Of a stretch of DNA of 64,000 nucleotides, positions 1-12,797 are shown one piece after another. Source of the DNA: Priapulus caudatus (lineage: Eukaryota); contig NW_014577073.1 in assembly GCF_000485595.1 (NCBI RefSeq), forward strand, positions 239,111-303,110, read 5' to 3'. Positions within the stretch are counted from its first letter, which is position 1. Every line of letters starts with the position of its first letter. A program made the translations under genes and the position numbers. The notes beneath the pieces are model-generated. The model had not been told where the DNA came from. It ran no database searches and saw only the letters and a program-made list of their open reading frames with translations.

Positions 1-39
1 GTTCGTAACAAGATGCGTCATTGGAAAGGAGTGAGACGA

Positions 40-181
40 CGACATACACCACACACACGCACGAACACCCACACACAGCACACAACACACACGACACACA
101 CACCACACACACCACAGCACACACAACAAACACACCACATTATATATATAGTAGCTAAAGTCAACCACATCAACACCCACA

Positions 182-229
<48 letters not shown>

Positions 230-590
230 CACCACACACAACACATACAAACACACACACATATATATAGTAGTAAAGGACACACACACACCGCACACGC
301 ACACGCACACGCACACCACACGGCACACGCACAGCATCACGGCAACCGCACAGCGCACACGCACACGCACACCACACGCACTCGCAACGCACACGCACAC
401 GCCACACGCACACGCACACGCCACACGCACACGCACACAGCACACACCACACACCACTCACAGCACACGCACACGCACACGCACACGCACCACACACACA
501 CACACCACACCACAAAACATTCACACAACACACACACACACACCACACACACACACACACGACACACACACCACACACACACACACGCGC
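40..590. repeat. Degenerate (CA)n/(CACG)n microsatellite tract
   Basis: Directly visible CA/CACG low-complexity sequence; overlapping ORFs are HT/VC runs. Confidence 0.95.
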
Positions 591-2479
591 AGCGCGCAAT
601 GTGTAAAACCAACTTGTTGAAAAATAATCGAATACATCTTTTCAACGGACGGATTTTTGCATTGTACGTTGCGGTGGTTTCATCAGAGATTGATTTCATC
701 ATTATTATACGTTTTAAAATACGTTTTAAAATACGTTTTAAATTACGAACGGAAATGCGTCGCGTACCAACGCATTGTAAAAGCAGAAACAATGCGCCAT
801 GTGCTATTCGCACTAACGACAATTGGTTTGTGCCATTACGATGCACCGTACACATTTCAAATCTCAATCGGTATCAGTATCGCATCCTTCTTGGTCGCTG
901 CATTCCAGCGTCTGTGATTTTTACGTGCAAGAAGAAACATAACGCGAAGAAAACACAACAGTGTGATCTACGCACGTGCACATATACACGCACACGCACA
1001 CACTCATTCAGAAGCAGATGCACACACGCGCGCGCAAGTGCACGCACACGCACACACACACACACGCACTAACTCACGCACGCACGCACTCACGCACTCA
1101 CTCATGTATAGGCACACACTCACGCATTGCTGGAACACACGATGGCAGCCCGCCAACAAATGAGCATGCATACGTTCTCGTTGTGAGACAACGAATATCA
1201 ATTGTATCTTATATAATTACAAATGTTCGCGAAACCTTCCATGTTTAAAGAAGAATATACCAAGAGACATAGATTCTGGCTATCTTTGTTCCAGGTATAT
1301 GGATCTTCGGGCTTCATAATGTGGTTCTGTGGGACCCAGATATTTTGGCGTACTCAGAAATAATAATTTTTTTACCGCGGTAACAATAATTATTTTGAGT
1401 ACGTTGGCCAACCCCATGCGCTACTGACTGAGCATCAAACAAAAGATGAATTCAACACAGAGATGTGCGTACTTCATAGTGACATCACCTTTTATTAATC
1501 CTCAATTTTGCTCGGATCGGAAACTGTGAACTTGGTCGGAAAACCAACTAAACAGGGAGAACACATTGCAATTCCATTCTATTTCTATTTACGGGATAAA
1601 TTTCTCGGGAGGTGCCTATACGACTTCACACTTCATTTCATCGTTTTTATATTACTTTTTCTATCATGACTTTTTTCTGCTACAACTTCTTTATGTTAAA
1701 ATACACAGATATATATATAATCCGACACACTGTTACAAACTGTTTACGAACCATACCGATTTTTATAAGGATTCAAGTAGTAGAGGTTCTAAGCACATGG
1801 AGTGTTCACTTTTTCTCAAAATTTCGCCTACGTGCGCTCCTTCGTGATCGGCGCGTATAAAATTCGCTGGCGATTTAATCGTCGCGATCGCGGCGAAAAA
1901 ATACGCTCGTGTGCCCCTAGCTTTAAGAGTACCGTCTACAATTGCAGTTACGATGCCGACGATAGGGAAATACGCCAATGCCTGCATGGTTAGGTACTAA
2001 TCAGTCGTTTTATGGTCCTTATCGCTGGGGCGTGAGCAGTAGTTTGGGCAAGATTTATACACGTTGACCCGATTTTTCGTTGGTTTGGTTGTTCTTATTT
2101 CATGGATTGACTAGTTAGATTTCTTTTGGCATCCATCGATCAAGGTATTGCCAATCGCTTTATCTTAAAGACTTCGATTTATCTTTTAGACTCGATGTTA
2201 ACTTTGAGAATAATGTTCTAGTTGATAGTCATTTCATTCCGGTATACGTGCTAAGTAACGTGTTGCTGACTACACTCCAACCACGACGATAGCTTTTCCT
2301 CCATCATGAAATGCGCTGCTAGTATCTACTCATTAGAACAGACTTCCTAGGAAGATGTTATTTAAGTATCATTGACCACGAAGCTGTTGGCCAATAGTGT
2401 ACAAGCCAAGCCTCTGTTTCATTAGGGTATACTCTACACAGTTGCCGTTCGTTATAGGTTGTATGGGTGTATTGGATGT

Positions 2480-4820
2480 TGGATGGATGGATCAGATGGA
2501 TGGATTAGCTATGGATGGTAGGGATGGATGGGATGGCATGGATGGAATGATGGATGGATGGATGGATCATTGGTATGGATTGGTCATGATGGATGATGGA
2601 TAGTCATGGCATGGATGGATGGATGGATGGATGGAATGATGGTATGATGGCTATGGGCATGGATGGATGGATGGCTATGGATGGATGGAATGGCATGGAT
2701 GGATGGATGATGGGATGGATGGATGGACTGGATGGCATGGTTGGATGGATGGATGATGGATGATGGATGGATGGCATGGATGGATGGATGGATGGTTTAT
2801 GGAGGATGGAATGGATGAATGGATGGAATGGAATGCGATGGTATGGATGATGGATGCGATGATGATGGATAGGATGGCGATGATGGATGCCGATGTATGG
2901 ATGGATGGATGCATGGGATGGATGGATGGATGGATGGAATGGATGGATTGGCATGGCATGGATGGATGGATGGCAGGCATGGATGGATGGATGAATGGAT
3001 GATGGATGGATGGATGGTGTATGGATGGATGGATGGATGATGGATGGAGAATGGATGGATGGATGGATGGATGGATGGATGGATGGATGGATGGATGGAT
3101 GGATGGATGGTATGGAGGATGGATGGATGGATGGATGGATGGATGATGGATGGCATGGGAGATGGCATGGGATGGATTGGATGATATATAGATGAATGGA
3201 TGGCCCAATGGATGGATGGAGATGGATGGATGAGTGGTGGAGCCTTGGATGGAAGATGGATGATGGATGGATGAATGAAATGGATGGATAAAAAGGATGG
3301 AATGACATGAATGGATGCGATGATAGACTGATTGGATGGAAGGATGGATATGGTCATGGATGGTGCTGGCATGGATGGTATGGATGGATGGTATGATGGA
3401 ATGGATGCGATGGATGGATGGAATGGAGTGGTATGGGTTTGAGATGGCATGGATGATGATGGCTATGGTAGGTAATGGATGGATGGATGGCATGGATGGA
3501 TGGATGAGAGGCATGTAGGGATGGAAGGATGGATGGATGGATGGATGGATGGAATGGTCATATATGGATTGCGATATATAGATGAATGGCATGGGATGGT
3601 ATGCGATGGATGGTGATGGTAATGCGATGGATGGATGGATGGTTCCCCTGTGGATGGATGGATGGCAATGGCCATGCGATGAATGAATGATGGCATGCGT
3701 CATGGATGAATGGATGGTATGGATTAGACTGATGGATGCGAATGGATGGATGGATGGATGGATGGATGGGTATGCGATGGCATGGGATGGATGGATGGTA
3801 TGGATGGATGGCATGATGGATGGATGATGGATGGATGGATTAGATGGATAGATGGAGGATCGATGGATGGATGGTATGGATGGGATGGATGGTATGGTAT
3901 GTATGGAGGATGATGGATGGATGGATGATGGTCTAATGGATGGCGGATTAGACTGATGAATTGATGAATGAATGGATGATATAGACAATGGATGGATGGA
4001 TGGTGGTTAGATGGATGGATGTTGGATGGATGGACATGGCTCATGGTATGAGAGGATGGTATGGATGGATGAATGGAATGGTTGGATGATGGATGGCATT
4101 AGATGGATGGATGGATGGATGGCATGGATGGAATGGATGGCCAATGGATGGCATTGGAATGGATGGCAAACGGATGGATGGATGGCAATGGATGCGATGT
4201 ATGGATGGATGGCATGCGATGGATGGATGGATGGGATGGATGAATGTGGTATGGATGGCATGGATGGATGGATGGATGCGAAATGGTCATGAATGGATGG
4301 ATGGATGGATGCGGATGCGATGGATGGATGGATGGATGCTGGATGGATGTATGGATGGATGGAGGATGGATGGATGGCCATGAATGCGATGGATGGATGG
4401 ATGGATGGATGGATGGATGCTGTATGGATGCGATGGATGGATGGATGGATGGCATGGAATGGATGGTATGGCATGCCGATGTGATGGATGGATGAGATGA
4501 TGGATGGAATATGGCTATGATGGTATGCGATGGAATGATGGATGGAGGAGGAGGGATGGTATGCGATGGCATGGATGGATGGCATGGATGGATTGATGGA
4601 TGGCATTGGATGGCATGGATGGATGGACGGATAGACTGATGGATTGATGAATGAATGGATTGGATAGACGATGATGGAATGGATGGGTAAGATGGATGCG
4701 ATGCGATGGGATTGGCCATGGATGGCATGGATGGCATGGATGGATGCGATGGATGGATGGATTGATGGATGGTTGGATGGATGGCATGATAGATGGATGG
4801 ATGGAAATGGCATGGATGAT
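2480..4820. repeat. Long degenerate (GGAT)n tetranucleotide microsatellite
   Basis: About 2.3 kb of GGAT units with many small indels; ends at the N gap 4821-4845. Confidence 0.97.
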
Positions 4821-5408
4821 NNNNNNNNNNNNNNNNNNNNNNNNNCGTGATAAAAGCCCATCAAATTTGGTCGACAGTGTGCCTCTGACATTATCTCTAA
4901 AATGATAGGAGTGGACCCCAACGTAATTTGCGTTTAAGGGGCGTACCACTAATTTTCTCAAAATGGCCGCCATGAAAATATATAAAAATGGCATATATCC
5001 ACATCTAACTTATACATTGGTGAGCTGATTTTGAAATGTTTGATGTACTATTTTTTAGGACACAAGAATCAATTAAAGAATCAAATAATAACAAAAACTT
5101 TGTCGTTTTTAAGGGGGCGTGGGCACCATATTTTCCCATCAATGGCCACCATGAAATATCAATCAACAGCATACATTTCACTCACTAATTAACATTTTTG
5201 GTAGCATTCTTTATATACTTGACCATGGTTTTTAACACAATGAAATCAACTTTAAATCAACTTAAAACAGTACAAGTTTCCCATTTGAGGTGGGCGTGGC
5301 CAATTTATTTTTAAAAATGGCGCCATGGGAAATATCAAATTTACATTTCTGAGTTGCTTGTAAAAGTTTGCGAGTACTAATTACGTTATTGCTCTCATAA
5401 TCTCCGAT

Positions 5409-5739
5409 AATTACCCGCGCAACGCGAGTCTGCAGAGGAGCGTAATGCTGATCGCTCTCGTGTGTGCTGTTCGATGTTGGGGTGTTTCGTCGTGATGTTC
5501 GTGTGTCGTGTGATTTAGATGTGTGTGTGTGAGCCAGTAGCGCACGCCAGCCTGTCTATACACGTATACATGTTACACGCGTTGGCCCGATCGATTCAGC
5601 ACCAGCCTTCGCCTTAAGGGCGTTAGTCAGCCAGCAACGCCAGCAGCGAACCAGGCTGTTAAGTACCACAAGCTGTATTACCCATGTTACACGCTCGCGG
5701 ATGGTATGACACTCTGCTTTGAGTTGCCCTCTGTCTAGA
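5409..5739 (+). mobile_element. HINE/DINE-1-like (Helentron-associated) non-autonomous element, copy A (noisy)
   Basis: Aligns by eye with 30563-30821: ttacc..gc start, GT microsatellite, 3' cgcgga.gtatg.cactct..gagt.gcc stem, ends ctgtctag. Many single-base insertions relative to copy C. Confidence 0.65.
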
Positions 5740-6004
5740 TGCTGGCCATGTTGTTAGTGTGTCCAGTCGTCTTGTTCTGTCTGGTCTGCTCTGCTGCCAC
5801 CGTCAACCATGACACGGCTAGCATTACGGCTAGCTGATACACACAACACCCGCGCACGCACGGCACGCACGCAGGCAGGCACACGCACTCAACGCAGCGC
5901 ACGCGACACGCAGGCAGGCACGAGACACACACGACACACACACACACACGCACACACACACACACGCGCAATTCTAATGTGGTCATGTTACCATCATACG
6001 CTCA

Positions 6005-6224
6005 GTCTCTTTCTTCCCCGTTTGCTCTTCTTCCTTTCCGCTCTCCCGCCTATCTCTCTCTCTCTCTCTGCTCTCACTCTGTCTCTGCTCTCCTCTCTCT
6101 CTCTCTCTCTCTCTCTACTCTCCTCTCCCTCCCCTATCTCTCCCTCTTCTCTCTCTCTCCTCTCTCTCTCTCTCTCCCTCCCCCTATCCTATCGCACGCT
6201 CTCTCTCTGCTCTCCGCTCTCTCT

Positions 6225-6265
<41 letters not shown>

Positions 6266-6516
6266 CTCTCTCTCTCTCTATTCTCTCTCGTCTCTCTTCT
6301 CTCTCGTCTTGGATGGATGGATGGATGGATGGATGGATGGATGGATGGATGGATGGATGGATAGACGAATGGATGGATGGATGGATGGATGGATGGATGG
6401 ATGGATGGATGGATGGATGGATGGATGGATAGATGAATGGATGGATGGATGGATGGGTGGATAGATGAATGGATGAATGAATGAATGAATGAATGAAAAG
6501 ATGGATGGATGGATGG
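6005..6516. repeat. Compound (CT)n + (GGAT)n/(GAAT)n microsatellite
   Basis: Directly visible. Confidence 0.95.
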
Positions 6517-7161
6517 ACTACAATTAATATTTAATTAACATAATGCAAGCATCACGCGCGTCAAGATAACACCGTCTACTCATGCCTGCTCCGGAACGAG
6601 AAGTAGAGACGGTTCGATATTTTCGTGTCGTAGCGATGAATGTCTCTTAACTTGGTTCAACAGAAAGCGTCTTAACTTCATAACGTGTTATCTCGTGTGT
6701 TCTATGTTCCACGCGCGTGGCGAATGTACATCGTAGTTCAATTACCAGTTTACGTCAAATGGGCGTATCGTCGCTTGCAACAACGTCAGCTGAGATATCA
6801 CTAGCTGGCCGTTGGGGATAAATATTTTAATGCAAAATTATACAAGCCATGCAGACTGTTAAAGGCGTAAACGCATGCGTTGGTGTATAAGCCCACGCAC
6901 ACCACGCACACCACGCACACCCACACAAACACCCACACAAACACTGAGCTGCAGACGCACCACCCCCTCACACACACACAAAGAGACAAGTCAGTCAAAA
7001 ATGAGACGCACAGTCATAGCCCACCGCCGCAGTGGGCTTTCAGCGAGCGTGAAGGCCGGCGGCGGCAACACGATGCCGACGCGAGCGACGTCTGTGACGT
7101 GCGACAACTGCTGGATATTGACGAGCGGCGACTCGTACTTTCCACTCTGTTTCAGGACCTG

Positions 7162-7361
7162 ATGGCAGCGACCATACAACAACGACGATATATGACCGAG
7201 ATGCACGCGCTATTGCTGGCCTTGCTCGCAGCTGGTATCGCGCTCTCCCTCGCCGACGGAGCCTGCCAACTGCAAACGTACAACCAGCGGATTCGAGTCG
7301 GTGGAATGGTCAGGGAAATACAACTCGGAGAGTGCGTGAGCATATCTAAATTTTACGCCAG
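7162..7361 (+). CDS. Coding exon 1 of a small secreted cystine-knot-like protein (signal peptide and N-terminal half)
   Basis: Acceptor ttccactctgtttcag ends at 7155. Reads MAATIQQRRYMTEMHALLLALLAAGIALSLADGACQLQTYNQRIRVGGMVREIQLGECVSISKFYA(R), with a hydrophobic signal-peptide-like segment. Strong donor CAG|GTAAGT at 7361/7362, phase 2. The true start could be a downstream Met (7192 or 7201). Confidence 0.7.
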
Positions 7362-8078
7362 GTAAGTAGGACGGCACCAGACTGCGTACATGCACTTTAG
7401 ACGGTAGATTGTTTTTTGAATTTAGTGTTTTTAAAAACACGCATGTTTATTTAACAACTACGTCATCAGGCTGTATTGCAAACGTCTTTTAACAAATTAG
7501 AATCGTAACGGTTAATTAAAATAGTAAAAGGTCGTTACAACGCTTGCACGTACGCGCGCAAGAACATACGCGCGCGCGAGGTTGCATTAAAGTTCGTGAA
7601 CTATTGGAAATGTTTAGAATACTCTATTGATTTTTTATGCATTCGCATACGAAAGAAAAATATAATCCATCATTTACAAAGGTCACCTTTAAAAACATTA
7701 ACGCTAACCGCACAAAACGCAACTGGCAAGTACGCTTAACACTCTCGTGTTACCGCACGCAAGGTTCTCTCATTTTACACAGAAAAACACAATCAACCGC
7801 GCTGACATGAAGGTAAACCCAACGACTACACGTCTTTAAAAATTAACTCATTAAAAAGTAATCAGTGAAACTTAAATATGTTTGCGGTGCGCATGTGTTG
7901 CGCTGGCGATAAGCAACATCGCAGCACGAGAACTATACGTAGCATTAAAAACATCACACACGCGTACGCGAGCGCACGCACGCACGCATGCACACACATA
8001 CACACACCACGCAGACGCAACACGCACACGCGCACACGCACGCGCACACGCACACGCACACGCACACGCACCACACAC

Positions 8079-8115
<37 letters not shown>

Positions 8116-8723
8116 ACACACATGTGAGTATGGGCTATTAACATGTTGCGGTGACACGAAGTCGTCTATTGTAAAATTCGCAAGCTAGCGTCGTGTTATT
8201 TGGAAAGTGGCAAGCCAGCCCACCCCTCCTTCCAGCTTCTCCATATTTTGTCATTACCAAGAGGTGAAATAAAACGATTATTATTTTTGATTCTTAGCGG
8301 TTTTTGTCCACTCCTGGTATTAAGCATACGAGTACAGACAGGGCAAGACGATCCGATGCGTTCGTGACAGCACCTGCATCATCATGGTTCTCAGACGGTC
8401 ATGATAAAAAGCCACAATGAAAATGCATCTTAATACTCTCGTTTGATATCTGTAATTTTTTCCCTCAAAATGTACGACTTTGCGCGTCGTAAATGGGCGT
8501 TCGAAAAACATTCTGCGTCTGCCATCAGCGAACCGCAGCTGTGAGATAGACGTCATTCACGCTCTCTCTGTCGCTCCTTGCGCGTAATGCAACGCGAACG
8601 CACCATAAACCCGTGTCTCGCAACGCCGCAGGCATTCAGGAGAATTTAATATCACAATCTCAGGCGGCGGGACACGACGCATTACTCAGCGACCGGCTAG
8701 ACACTTTTGCATTTATCTTGCAG

Positions 8724-8886
8724 GTCGTCATTCGTTAAGTACCAGGAAAGCATCCGATTTCTATGTCGCCGGTCGTAACTGTTGCTGCATGAGTGAGCAA
8801 CTACAAGACGAAGACGGTGGAGATCGGCATGGTTGCCGTCCAGTACAAAAAACATTCGAGGATGCAAGTGCGGACCTTGTTTCTAA
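8724..8886 (+). CDS. Coding exon 2 of the cystine-knot-like protein (three apparent +1 frameshifts: sequencing error or pseudogene)
   Basis: Acceptor ttttgcatttatcttgcag is phase-compatible with exon 1. Removing one base near each of 8743, 8792 and the A6 run 8847-8852 gives (R)SSFVKYRKASDFYVAGRNCCCMVSNYKTKTVEIGMVAVQYKNIRGCKCGPCF*, with CC and terminal CxCxxC motifs. Confidence 0.62.
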
Positions 8887-9018
8887 CGATGCGCCGACGC
8901 GACGCCGCCAAGCGTTCGTTACGACTACCGCGAGAGCGACGTCGGCAAGGGGATGTGGGGCGAAAAATCTTCCTTTCGGAGGCCAGGCGGCAATAGCTGT
9001 ACGAACGGCGACGTTGTT

Positions 9019-9386
9019 TGTACAATAACAGAATGCCCAACCTGATGTAACAGTAATGAAAATTTAATGTGAACGGGAAATCCTGCTGACTATCGTATGT
9101 ACAATGTACACGATAGTCAGCAGGATTTCCCGTTCACATTAAGCTACAAGAAGCAGTATTTGTCCTCCATTTGAAATGTATAATTTCCACAAAATAATAT
9201 TTTATTTCGGAGATACTACACGGGCAAGCGCGAACATTTCTTGCTCTGCAATTGTAGAATTCGGCTCCTTGTGATTGTTGTTAAAGTAGGAGATTCGGGT
9301 AGAGATAGTTCTACTTCTAGTTCTTTCCAAATTAAAATGATTAACACAATAAAATAATATATCGTTTGTTTGATAATGCTGATCAT
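9019..9386 (+). repeat. ~360-bp segment duplicated at 16591-16942; contains a long hairpin
   Basis: Both copies start tgtacaataacagaatgcccaacctgatgtaacagtaat and end ...atgctgatcat. Confidence 0.9.
9064..9142. repeat. Perfect 33-bp inverted repeat (hairpin)
   Basis: ttaatgtgaacgggaaatcctgctgactatcgt, 13-nt loop, acgatagtcagcaggatttcccgttcacattaa. Confidence 0.95.
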
Positions 9387-9463
9387 TGTTGATCATGAGC
9401 ATGCTGATCATGCTGAATTGTTTAATTAAGGCTGATCATGTATCACAGGGGCAAGACACACAA

Positions 9464-10214
9464 GGGCCGGACACACTAGGTGATTTAATCGGGCGACTTT
9501 ATCGCCCGATAATATCGCCCGATTTTATCGCGCGAGTCGAGTGGACACATCACGCGATTTTTGACGGCGAGTTCCTACTTCTTTATGTACGCTCTTGATA
9601 TCATATGATCCCTAATAGCAAGACTAATGTTTACAAGTCTATGTACCACGAAGTGGTATGTGTAGGTATGTAGCTTGTAGCTTGTAGCGAAGCGACTTGT
9701 ATTTTTGTACTAGTGCTTAATTTAGGCCTACAGTACGCGTGTATTGTTTATCAATTTTCCCCGGTCAATTACCGGTGACGCCGAGTTTCGCCGCCATCGA
9801 AACCTTTACGGCCTCCTTCTTCGTTCTGTCCATGTACTCAGACAGAGACATATCGTACAAGAGGGGCTTCGCCTCTCACAAAGTGATCAACTCTGTCATT
9901 TTGTCGTAGGACCACGTTAGCTCCATGGAATCTGCCATTTTGTCTATAATTACGTCAGTATCATTGAACAACTCTGATTGGCTGATGAATTGTACAATCA
10001 GGCGACTTTATCGCCGAACCGGACACACTAGGCGATTTTATCGGACGACTGAAATAATCGCCCGATAATATCAAAACGTTTTGATCGATGCGATTAAATC
10101 GGGCGACTAAATCGGCGGCGACTGACTGGACACACTAGGCGATTTTCACCGCGATTTAGTCGCCCGACTGATGTATCGCCCGATAAGTCGCCCGATAAAA
10201 TCGCCTAGTGTGCC
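9464..10214. mobile_element. Non-autonomous PIF/Harbinger-type element
   Basis: Left end gggccggacacactaggtgatttaatcgggcgacttt is inverted relative to right end aagtcgcccgataaaatcgcctagtgtg. Subterminal ggacacactaggcgatttt and atcgcccgat motifs are reiterated. Contains a MADF-like coding remnant. Confidence 0.75.
9773..9938 (-). pseudogene. MADF (Myb/SANT-like) domain N-terminal exon remnant, as in the Harbinger DNA-binding ORF
   Basis: Minus strand reads MADSMELTWSYDKMTELITL*EAKPLLYDMSLSEYMDRTKKEAVKVSMAAKLGVT, then donor G|GTAATT. Fits the MADF pattern W..LI....P.L(W/Y)D....Y.....K......A..LG; one in-frame TGA. Confidence 0.72.
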
Positions 10215-10570
10215 ACTCGCGTGTGCGTGGTTTTGTGTCTCTTTGTGCGATGTGTCTACACTGTATGAGATATTAAAGAATATTCCGGTTACAACACAAG
10301 TTTGGCTTTATATCATCATTTGTGTTTACACTAACGTCCGCAGATTGTATACTGACTGGTATATGCAGCGGGTACCTTACATGCAAGAGCTTCTTTCCTT
10401 AAGAGAGGTCTACGGATAAAATGTTATCATATAAATCTAGGTTAGAATACCTCCTATTCACTTTGAATGCATAATTTTCGCAAAATAATATTTATCTCGG
10501 GTTATATTGCGCGTGCACGAGCGCATTTACAGGTGTTTTATTGTACTGGGAAAGGTGTGTTGATCGCAGG

Positions 10571-10829
10571 TCCGGCATCGTAGCATCATAGCATCGCAGA
10601 ATTGTGGCATCGTAGAATTGTAGGGTTTTTGATCTCCGCTCCGGCATCGTAGCATCATAGCATCGCAGAATTGTGGCATCGTAGAATTGTAGGGTTTTTG
10701 ATCTCCGCTCCGGCATCGTAGCATCATAGCATCGCAGAATTGTGGCATCGTAGAATTGTAGGGTTTTTGATCTCCGCTCCGGCATCGTAGCATCATAGCA
10801 TCGCAGAATTGTGGCATCGTAGAATTGTA
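10571..10829. repeat. 69-bp tandem repeat (about 3.7 near-identical copies, runs into gap)
   Basis: Unit tccggcatcgtagcatcatagcatcgcagaattgtggcatcgtagaattgtagggtttttgatctccgc; ccggcatcg recurs at 10572, 10641, 10710, 10779. Confidence 0.95.
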
Positions 10830-11086
10830 NNNNNNNNNNNNNNNNNNNNNNNNNNNNNNNNNNNNNNNNNNNNNNNNNNNNNNNNNNNNNNNNNNNNNNN
10901 NNNNNNNNNNNNNNNNNNNNNNNNNNNNNNNNNNNNNNNNNNNNNNNNNNNNNNNNNNNNNNNNNNNNNNNNNNNNNNNNNNNNNNNNNNNNNNNNNNNN
11001 NNNNNNNNNNNNNNNNNNNNNNNNNNNNNNNNNNNNNNNNNNNNNNNNNNNNNNNNNNNNNNNNNNNNNNNNNNNNNNNNNNNNNN

Positions 11087-11405
11087 ATGAGAGAGAGAGA
11101 AGAGAGAGAGAGAACCAAGAGGATGTGTATGTGTCAGACAGAGAGTGGAGAGAGAAAGAGAGAAGCAGAGAGACAGAGAAGAGACACAGAGAGAGAAGAG
11201 AGAGAGAGGTGTGGCGCGGCGTCAGTGTGTGTGAGAGTAGAGAGAGAGAGAGAGACGAGGAGAGAGAGAGAGAGTGTGTGGCGTGTTTGTGTTGTGTGTG
11301 TGACAGAGAGTAGAGAGAGAGAGAGAGAGAGAGAGGAAGAGAGAGCAGAGGAGGTGTGCGTTTTTTTGTGTTGTGTGTGTGACTAGAGAGAGAGAGAGAG
11401 AGGAT

Positions 11406-11454
<49 letters not shown>

Positions 11455-11475
11455 AGAGAGAAGCAGAGAGGGTGT

Positions 11476-11518
<43 letters not shown>

Positions 11519-11738
11519 AGAGAGAGAGAGACGAGAAACAAGAGAGGGACGTGTCGTGTGTGTGTGTGTTGTGGTGTGTGTGTGTGTTGTGTGTGTGTGT
11601 GTGAGAGGAGAGACGAGAGAGAGAGAGAGAGGTGGTGTGTGCGTGTGTGTGTGTGTGAGAGAGAGAGAGGTGTGCGTGTTGTGTTTGTGTGTGTGAAGCA
11701 GAAGAGAGAGAGAGAGAGAGAGAGCAGAGAAGAGAGCG

Positions 11739-11798
<60 letters not shown>

Positions 11799-11820
11799 AC
11801 CAGAGAGGGAGTGTGTATGT

Positions 11821-11871
<51 letters not shown>

Positions 11872-11934
11872 TGCGCGTGCGTGTGTGTGTGTGTGAGAGA
11901 GAGAGAGAGGTGTGCGTGTTTGTGTTGTGTGTGT

Positions 11935-12009
<75 letters not shown>

Positions 12010-12780
12010 ACGCAGGAGAGAGAGAGAGTGTGTTCAATGTGTCCTTGAGAGAGAGAGAGCGTGTGCGCGTGTGTATGTGTGGTGTGGGAGAGGTGTGTGT
12101 GTTTGTGTGTGTGTGTGTGTGAGAGACGCGAGAGAGAGAGATGAGAGGAGAGAGAGAGAGAGAGAGAAGAAGAACGGAGAGGGTGTGTGTGTGTGTGTGT
12201 GTGAGCAGAAGAGAGAGCCGAGAGAGTAGAGAGAGAGAGGTGTGGCGGCTTGTGTTGTGTTGTGTGACAGAGAGAGAGAGAAGAGGTGTATGTGTGCCGC
12301 GCCGCAGCCGGTGTGTGTGTCGTGTGTGAAAGAGAGAGAAAGCAGAGTAGAAGATGATGAGAGAGAGAGAGAGAGAGAGAGAACATGCGAGGGAGTGTGT
12401 ATGTGTCTGAACGAGAAGAGTGTGTGTGCGTGTGTGTGTGTGTGTTGTGTGTGTGTGTGTGTGTGTGGTGCGCGCGCCAGCGCGGCGGCGTGTGTGTTTG
12501 TGTGTGTGTGTGGTGTGTGCTGTGTGTGAGAAGAGAGAGAGAGAGCGAAGGAGAGAGAGAGAGAGGTGTGTGTGTGCGCGCGCAGTGTGTGTGTGTGAAG
12601 AGAGAACATGAGAGGGAGTGTGTATCGTGTCTGAGAGAGAGAGAAGAGGTGTGATGTGAGAAGAGAGAAGAGGGGTGTGCGTGTTTGTGTTGTGTGTGTG
12701 TAAGCGGAGAGAGAGAGCAGAGAGAGAGAGAGAGTAGAGAGAGAGAGAGAACCCAGAGAGGGAGTGTGTAGTGTCAGCAG
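11087..12780. repeat. Compound (GA)n/(GT)n microsatellite tract (continues 13690-14030)
   Basis: Directly visible alternating GA and GT blocks. Confidence 0.95.
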
Positions 12781-12797
12781 ATATAAGTATATATCTA

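Noticed and set aside
2604..4921. Long ORFs (up to 437 aa) rich in HPSI/MDGW
   Set aside because: Translations of the GGAT microsatellite; no evidence of coding function.
8789..9028. ORF-track peptides MSEQLQDEDGG.. and MSNYKTKTVEIG.. as standalone genes
   Set aside because: Better explained as frame fragments of the frameshifted cystine-knot exon 2.
10571..10829. Possible CRISPR-like array
   Set aside because: Units are contiguous and identical with no unique spacers; eukaryotic context, no cas genes.
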